Shown here piece by piece: positions 49,669 to 53,415 of a DNA stretch of 53,415 nucleotides. The DNA comes from an uncultured bacterium. GTDB taxonomy: Bacteria > Chlamydiota > Chlamydiia > Chlamydiales > JAJFMA01. The position numbers and the translations under genes were made by a program. How positions within the stretch are numbered: the stretch's first letter is position 1; every line of letters begins with the position of its first letter. A model generated the notes under the pieces. That model was not told the DNA's origin. It ran no database searches and saw nothing but the letters and a program-made list of their open reading frames with translations. The DNA is taken from contig CAYUJS010000007.1 in the NCBI GenBank assembly GCA_964445105.1, forward strand, positions 1 through 53,415, in the 5' to 3' direction.

Positions 49669-50832
49669 CTACCCAATTTCTAAGATGCGCACGCCCAGAG
49701 TTTCGCCTAGTCTTAGAAGCTCTCCTTTACCGACGCACTTGCCATTCACCACCAGATCGACACCCTCTTCTGGGTCGACATTAAGTTCGATTGTCGCCCC
49801 CGGCTGCAGCTCCATAAGCTTGGCAAGGGTCATGCGCACCTGACCCACTTCTATTTTGAGGCTGATGGGAATCTCGCCCATTTTCTCAACGGGCGTTTGC
49901 TCCTCAGCCGGCACTGCCTCATCTGTCTCCACGTCTACTGTGTCTTCGTCCATATCCGTTACATCGTCGTCTATATCCATTGCGGGCTCTACCTTTTGGA
50001 ATAGCGGATATTCCATGATTTTAATGTTATCTAGTTGTAACAATCCACGGAAAAGCGGAATGCCGCTAGTCGTTAGGGTAACCTGCCCTCCAGCTTGATC
50101 AGGAGCGACGGAACAGTAATCAAGCAAGAGAAAATCACCTTGCCGGATTTGGCGCAGTTCCTGGTGTGTCATTTTCGTTTCGCCCGCTTCCAGGTGCACG
50201 GTTACTTCAACCTTTTGCGCCACTTCAGAGGACATTTCCTTTTGCTTCTTGACCGTCTTGTACCGTTCGTTCCAAGCCAGCGCAAATTCTTCCGGTGCTA
50301 GGATCTGTCCGTGGAGGACGCGTCCGATTGCGGAGATAGAGACGCCCATTCCCAGAGCTTTGCCCTCGATAACAGGGGCCGGCTCGCTGATCAGGCGTGG
50401 AGCAATAGAGCTATCAAAACCTATTGTAGACAGAGCGCCGAGCACTTCTACTACAAGGAAACGGTAAAAAGCTTCCAGAAACTCGTCGTCGGGATAGAGG
50501 ACGCCTTTGGGCTGCTGGCTCAGGGCGATGGCGAGAAGAACGACAAGGTCGTCCTTAGACATAAGAAATGTGACAACTCCAGGCAGGCTGCCCAGCGCAA
50601 AACTAAGCGGCCAAGCCGATTTCCCCACGACTTTTTGAAATTTTTTCTGGCTTCCCCACTCCGGATCATCACCTTGAATCACAAGATCTTGTAAATCAAA
50701 ACGTGCGCCCAGCTTTCGGCTGAGAGCCTCCCAGGCAAATGCCTTAGGGGCTCCAGAATCAGTGAATTCTTTTTTATCGACCAATTCGGCTTGCACCGTT
50801 TTGAGCCAGTCATAAGCCTTAGCTGCCGCCAC
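49669..50832 (-). CDS. sctQ: T3SS cytoplasmic ring protein SctQ/CdsQ
   Basis: Two SPOA domains (VHLEAGETKM..GDFLLLD; IPISLKIEVG..LQPGATIEL..VDLVVNGKCVGKGELLRLGETLGVRILEIG). Confidence 0.92.
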   Translation of the reverse strand: MAAAKAYDWLKTVQAELVDKKEFTDSGAPKAFAWEALSRKLGARFDLQDLVIQGDDPEWGSQKKFQKVVGKSAWPLSFALGSLPGVVTFLMSKDDLVVLLAIALSQQPKGVLYPDDEFLEAFYRFLVVEVLGALSTIGFDSSIAPRLISEPAPVIEGKALGMGVSISAIGRVLHGQILAPEEFALAWNERYKTVKKQKEMSSEVAQKVEVTVHLEAGETKMTHQELRQIRQGDFLLLDYCSVAPDQAGGQVTLTTSGIPLFRGLLQLDNIKIMEYPLFQKVEPAMDIDDDVTDMDEDTVDVETDEAVPAEEQTPVEKMGEIPISLKIEVGQVRMTLAKLMELQPGATIELNVDPEEGVDLVVNGKCVGKGELLRLGETLGVRILEIG

Positions 50833-50905
50833 GAGACACCTTACGTTAGATCGCTAAAGGTTTACCGGTTTATGGACTATTTGGTCAATCTTGCCGGTAG
50901 AAAAA

Positions 50906-51012
50906 CGGCAGCTCTCGCTAAAAAAGAGCGTTGAGCGGGCCCGAGGCCCTCAACGGCTCTATTTTCTTTCTCATCCGTTTGAACTAGGCCTACTGCCAGC
51001 CCTCGCCAAGCC
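50906..51012 (+). repeat. Dispersed palindromic repeat family A, deleted copy
   Basis: CGGCAGCTCTCGCTAAAAAAGAGCGTTGA...GGCCTACTGCCAGCCCTCGCCAAG, paralogous to 51852-52006. Confidence 0.75.
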
Positions 51013-51115
51013 AGTTGCAGAAAAAACAGAAATCGAAGAGAAACGCTCGGGGGCGGAGCGGCGATCATTCCACGCGCTTGAAACGGCGTAAGCTAGACAG
51101 CAAGGTTCCCTCTTT

Positions 51116-51754
51116 TTACCTCTTTAGAGTGAGGTGGGGATAAAGAGCTCTAATCCTTACCATGTCGGCGTCGGTGACTCTATCGCACTGGTAAGGGCAG
51201 AGCTCGGAAATTTTTGGGCAGTTTTGCGCCAAGGCAAGCAGCGCGGCGTCTGTGATACGCCTGCAGGCGCCAAAATTTACATTGGAGAGGTCGGGGCACC
51301 CTCGCGCCAAGGCCAGTAATCCAGCATCGGTGATCTGCCGGCAGCCCCATACGTTGACGTAGGAGAGGTTAGGGCAATTTTGTGCTAAGGCTAGCAGCGT
51401 GTGGTCGGTAACGGGCCGGCAGCAGAACAGATTGACACGGGAGAGTTTAGGGCAGTTTTGCGTTAGGGCAATCAGCCCGGCATCTGTGATGCTATCGCAT
51501 TTACCTAGTACAACTTCGGAGAGATCGCGACAGCCCTGTGCTAAGAATTGTAGCCCCACGTCGGTGACCCCCAGGCAACGGTAAAGGTTAATCTTGGAGA
51601 GACTGTGGCAGTTTAGCGCTATGGATAGCAGAGCCGCGTCGGTGATTCTCAAGCAGCCGTCCAGATTAATACTAGAAAGATCGCGCCGGCTTTGTACCAG
51701 CGCAATTAGCTGAGCGTCGGTGGCATCTGTAGGTAGGGAGCGGGGGTGCATCAT
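51116..51754 (-). CDS. Cysteine-containing LRR protein (FBXL/AMN1-type LRR_CC, 26-aa repeats)
   Basis: About 7 repeats of LxxINLxxCxxITDAxLxALAxxCPx; no F-box. Confidence 0.88.
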   Translation of the reverse strand: MMHPRSLPTDATDAQLIALVQSRRDLSSINLDGCLRITDAALLSIALNCHSLSKINLYRCLGVTDVGLQFLAQGCRDLSEVVLGKCDSITDAGLIALTQNCPKLSRVNLFCCRPVTDHTLLALAQNCPNLSYVNVWGCRQITDAGLLALARGCPDLSNVNFGACRRITDAALLALAQNCPKISELCPYQCDRVTDADMVRIRALYPHLTLKR

Positions 51755-51851
51755 GCGCCTCGGTGAAGGATTAAATGAAAAGATCAGCGTAAGAAAAATG
51801 AAAATTTAAGCATAGACATTTTGTTTTTTGTCAAAAATCGCCATAGATGAA

Positions 51852-52006
51852 CGGCAGCTCTCGCTAAAAAAGAGCGTTGATTGGCTCCGATGTTGCTATT
51901 GGCTCTATTTTCTTCCTCATCCACAGCCAAGAGTACGAATCCGTTGCAAATTAGGCCTGCTACCAACCCCTGCCAAGTCGGTTTCTGTTTTTAATGGAAA
52001 CTGCTG
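51852..52006 (+). repeat. Dispersed palindromic repeat family A, full-length copy (~155 bp)
   Basis: CGGCAGCTCTCGCTAAAAAAG...GTACGAATCCGTTGCAAATT...GGTTTCTGTTTTTAATGGAAACTGCTG, colinear with the 36253 copy. Confidence 0.8.
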
Positions 52007-52105
52007 GCAGAAAAAACAGAAATCGAAGGGAAACGCTCGGGGGCGGAGCGACGATCATTCCACGCGCTTGAAACGGCGTAAGCTAGACAGCAAGGTTCCC
52101 TCTTT

Positions 52106-52821
52106 TTACCTCTTTAGGGTGAGGTGGGGATAAAGAGCTCTAACCCTTGCCATGTCGGCGTCGCTAATTCCATCGCATTGTAACAGGCAGAGTTCGGAAA
52201 TATTTGGGCAATTTTGCGCCAAGGCCAGCAGCCCGACGCCGGTGATCCGCCTGCAGGCGCCCACACTCATACTGGAGAGGCCAGGGCAGCCCCGCAGGCC
52301 AGTAATCCAACATCGGTGATCTGCCGGCAGCCCCATACGTTGACAGAGGATAGGTTAGGACAATTTTGTGCCAAGGCCTGTAGTCCCTCGTCAGTGACAG
52401 GTTGGCAGTAGAACAGGTTGACAGAGGAAAGGTTGGGACAGCCCTGCGCCAAGGCGAGCAGCCCGGCATCTGTAATGCTTTTGCACTTTCCTAATCCGAC
52501 AGTGGAAAGGTTGGGACAGCCCTGTGCCAAGGCGAGTAGCCCGGCATCTGTAATGCTTTTGCACTTTCCTAACCCGACAGTGGAGAGGTTGGGACAGCTG
52601 TTTGCTAAAAGTTGTAGCCCGGCGTCAGTGACCCCTTTGCAGTGGTAGAGGTTAACATAGGAGAGGTTGTGGCAGTTCAGCGCTAAGGCTAGCAGCCCCG
52701 CGTCGGTAATGTGTAAGCAGTCATCCAGGTTGATAGACGAAAGATCATGCCGGGCTTGTACCAAGGCGCTCAGCTGAGCATCGTTAATGTTTTTAGGTGG
52801 GGAGAGAGAAGAGTGCATCAT
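52106..52821 (-). pseudogene. Frameshifted paralog of the LRR_CC gene
   Basis: Similar N-terminus and identical C-terminus (RALYPHLTLKR) to 51116-51754, split over two frames by a 4-bp deletion (GCCA) at ~52295; one extra near-identical 78-bp repeat. Confidence 0.85.
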
Positions 52822-53017
52822 GCGCCTCGGTCAAGGATTAAATGAGAAGATCTGCATAAGACAAACAAAAATTTAAGCATAGACATCTTCTTTTTTTGTG
52901 CGCTGAAAATACGCTTGAGATTTACGCTAAATATGCTCAGTCTTTGCCTTATAGCTACCTGTCCGTTTGTTGTTTGTTCAAGAATCAGGATAGACGGATC
53001 AGATTGTTATGTCTTTT

Positions 53018-53230
53018 TTATTTTGTCAGCGCGTTTGTGTCAGGCGGGCAAGTGCCATTCTCAGAAGATAACTTCTCAATAAGGCGGGGTAAGATGCGCC
53101 ACTCGCCAGCCCCAAACCTGCGCAGGCGCCGCCTTTCACTGGGCCAGGAACCTTGCCTATCCCGACTTATTGAGAAGTTACAGTATAAGCGAGCAAAGTC
53201 CATATAACCGAGACTACATTTAAATTTATT
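53018..53230 (-). mobile_element. Degenerate second copy of the IS1634-like ORF start and upstream region
   Basis: TCCATATAACCGAGACTACATTTAAATTTA versus TCCATAGAAACGAGTCTACATTCAAATTTA at ~8155; proteins start MDFARLY versus MDFSHLH. Confidence 0.45.
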
Positions 53231-53415
53231 TTTCTATAATTAATACAGGTGAGTAAGTATGTCAATACGCGAGGCTGCAAAAAATGAAATAAATTTCAGT
53301 GCGCCATGATGCACCATAAATCTAGCGGAGAGATACTCCGCAGGGAAAGCAGGACCGACAGCATCCCTTATCGAGTCTTGGGCTCACGAAGGTAACGACA
53401 TGAGTTAAGCGTAGA

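Noticed and set aside
52418-52573. Near-identical 78-bp direct repeats, considered as a CRISPR array
   Set aside because: They are in-frame LRR coding repeats, with no spacers and no cas genes.
52896-53207. 103-aa plus-strand ORF
   Set aside because: No RBS or motif; lies in a degenerate intergenic region.

Overview
This is a ~50% GC chromosomal segment that looks like an environmental (probably uncultured) member of the Chlamydiae. The evidence is the chlamydia-type gene orders rho-coaE-polA-sohB, hrcA-grpE-dnaK with a CIRCE operator, and sctQ(cdsQ)-pkn5-sctC(cdsC), plus a SWIM-SNF2 helicase. Most of the window is housekeeping genes (rho, coaE, polA, sohB, dnaK operon, tsaC/sua5, M29 aminopeptidase, large NAD-GDH, serS, der, SulP, yidD). 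The accessory content is more notable. (i) A ~1015-aa orphan with recognisable eukaryotic DH (RhoGEF), REM-like and CDC25 (RasGEF) motifs, an SOS/RasGRF-like layout, is a candidate T3SS effector. (ii) The T3SS secretin is 1889 aa, with an ~1145-aa low-complexity N-terminal extension. (iii) A Wzx/Wzc/two-Wza polysaccharide export operon. (iv) A ~155-bp dispersed palindromic (MITE/RPE-like) repeat with at least 6 copies, often at synteny breaks, and a second short repeat that also encodes the C-terminus of Der. (v) Tandemly duplicated FBXL/AMN1-type LRR genes directly upstream of sctQ. (vi) IS1634-like and Rpn remnants. All assignments come from reading motifs by eye; no searches were run.
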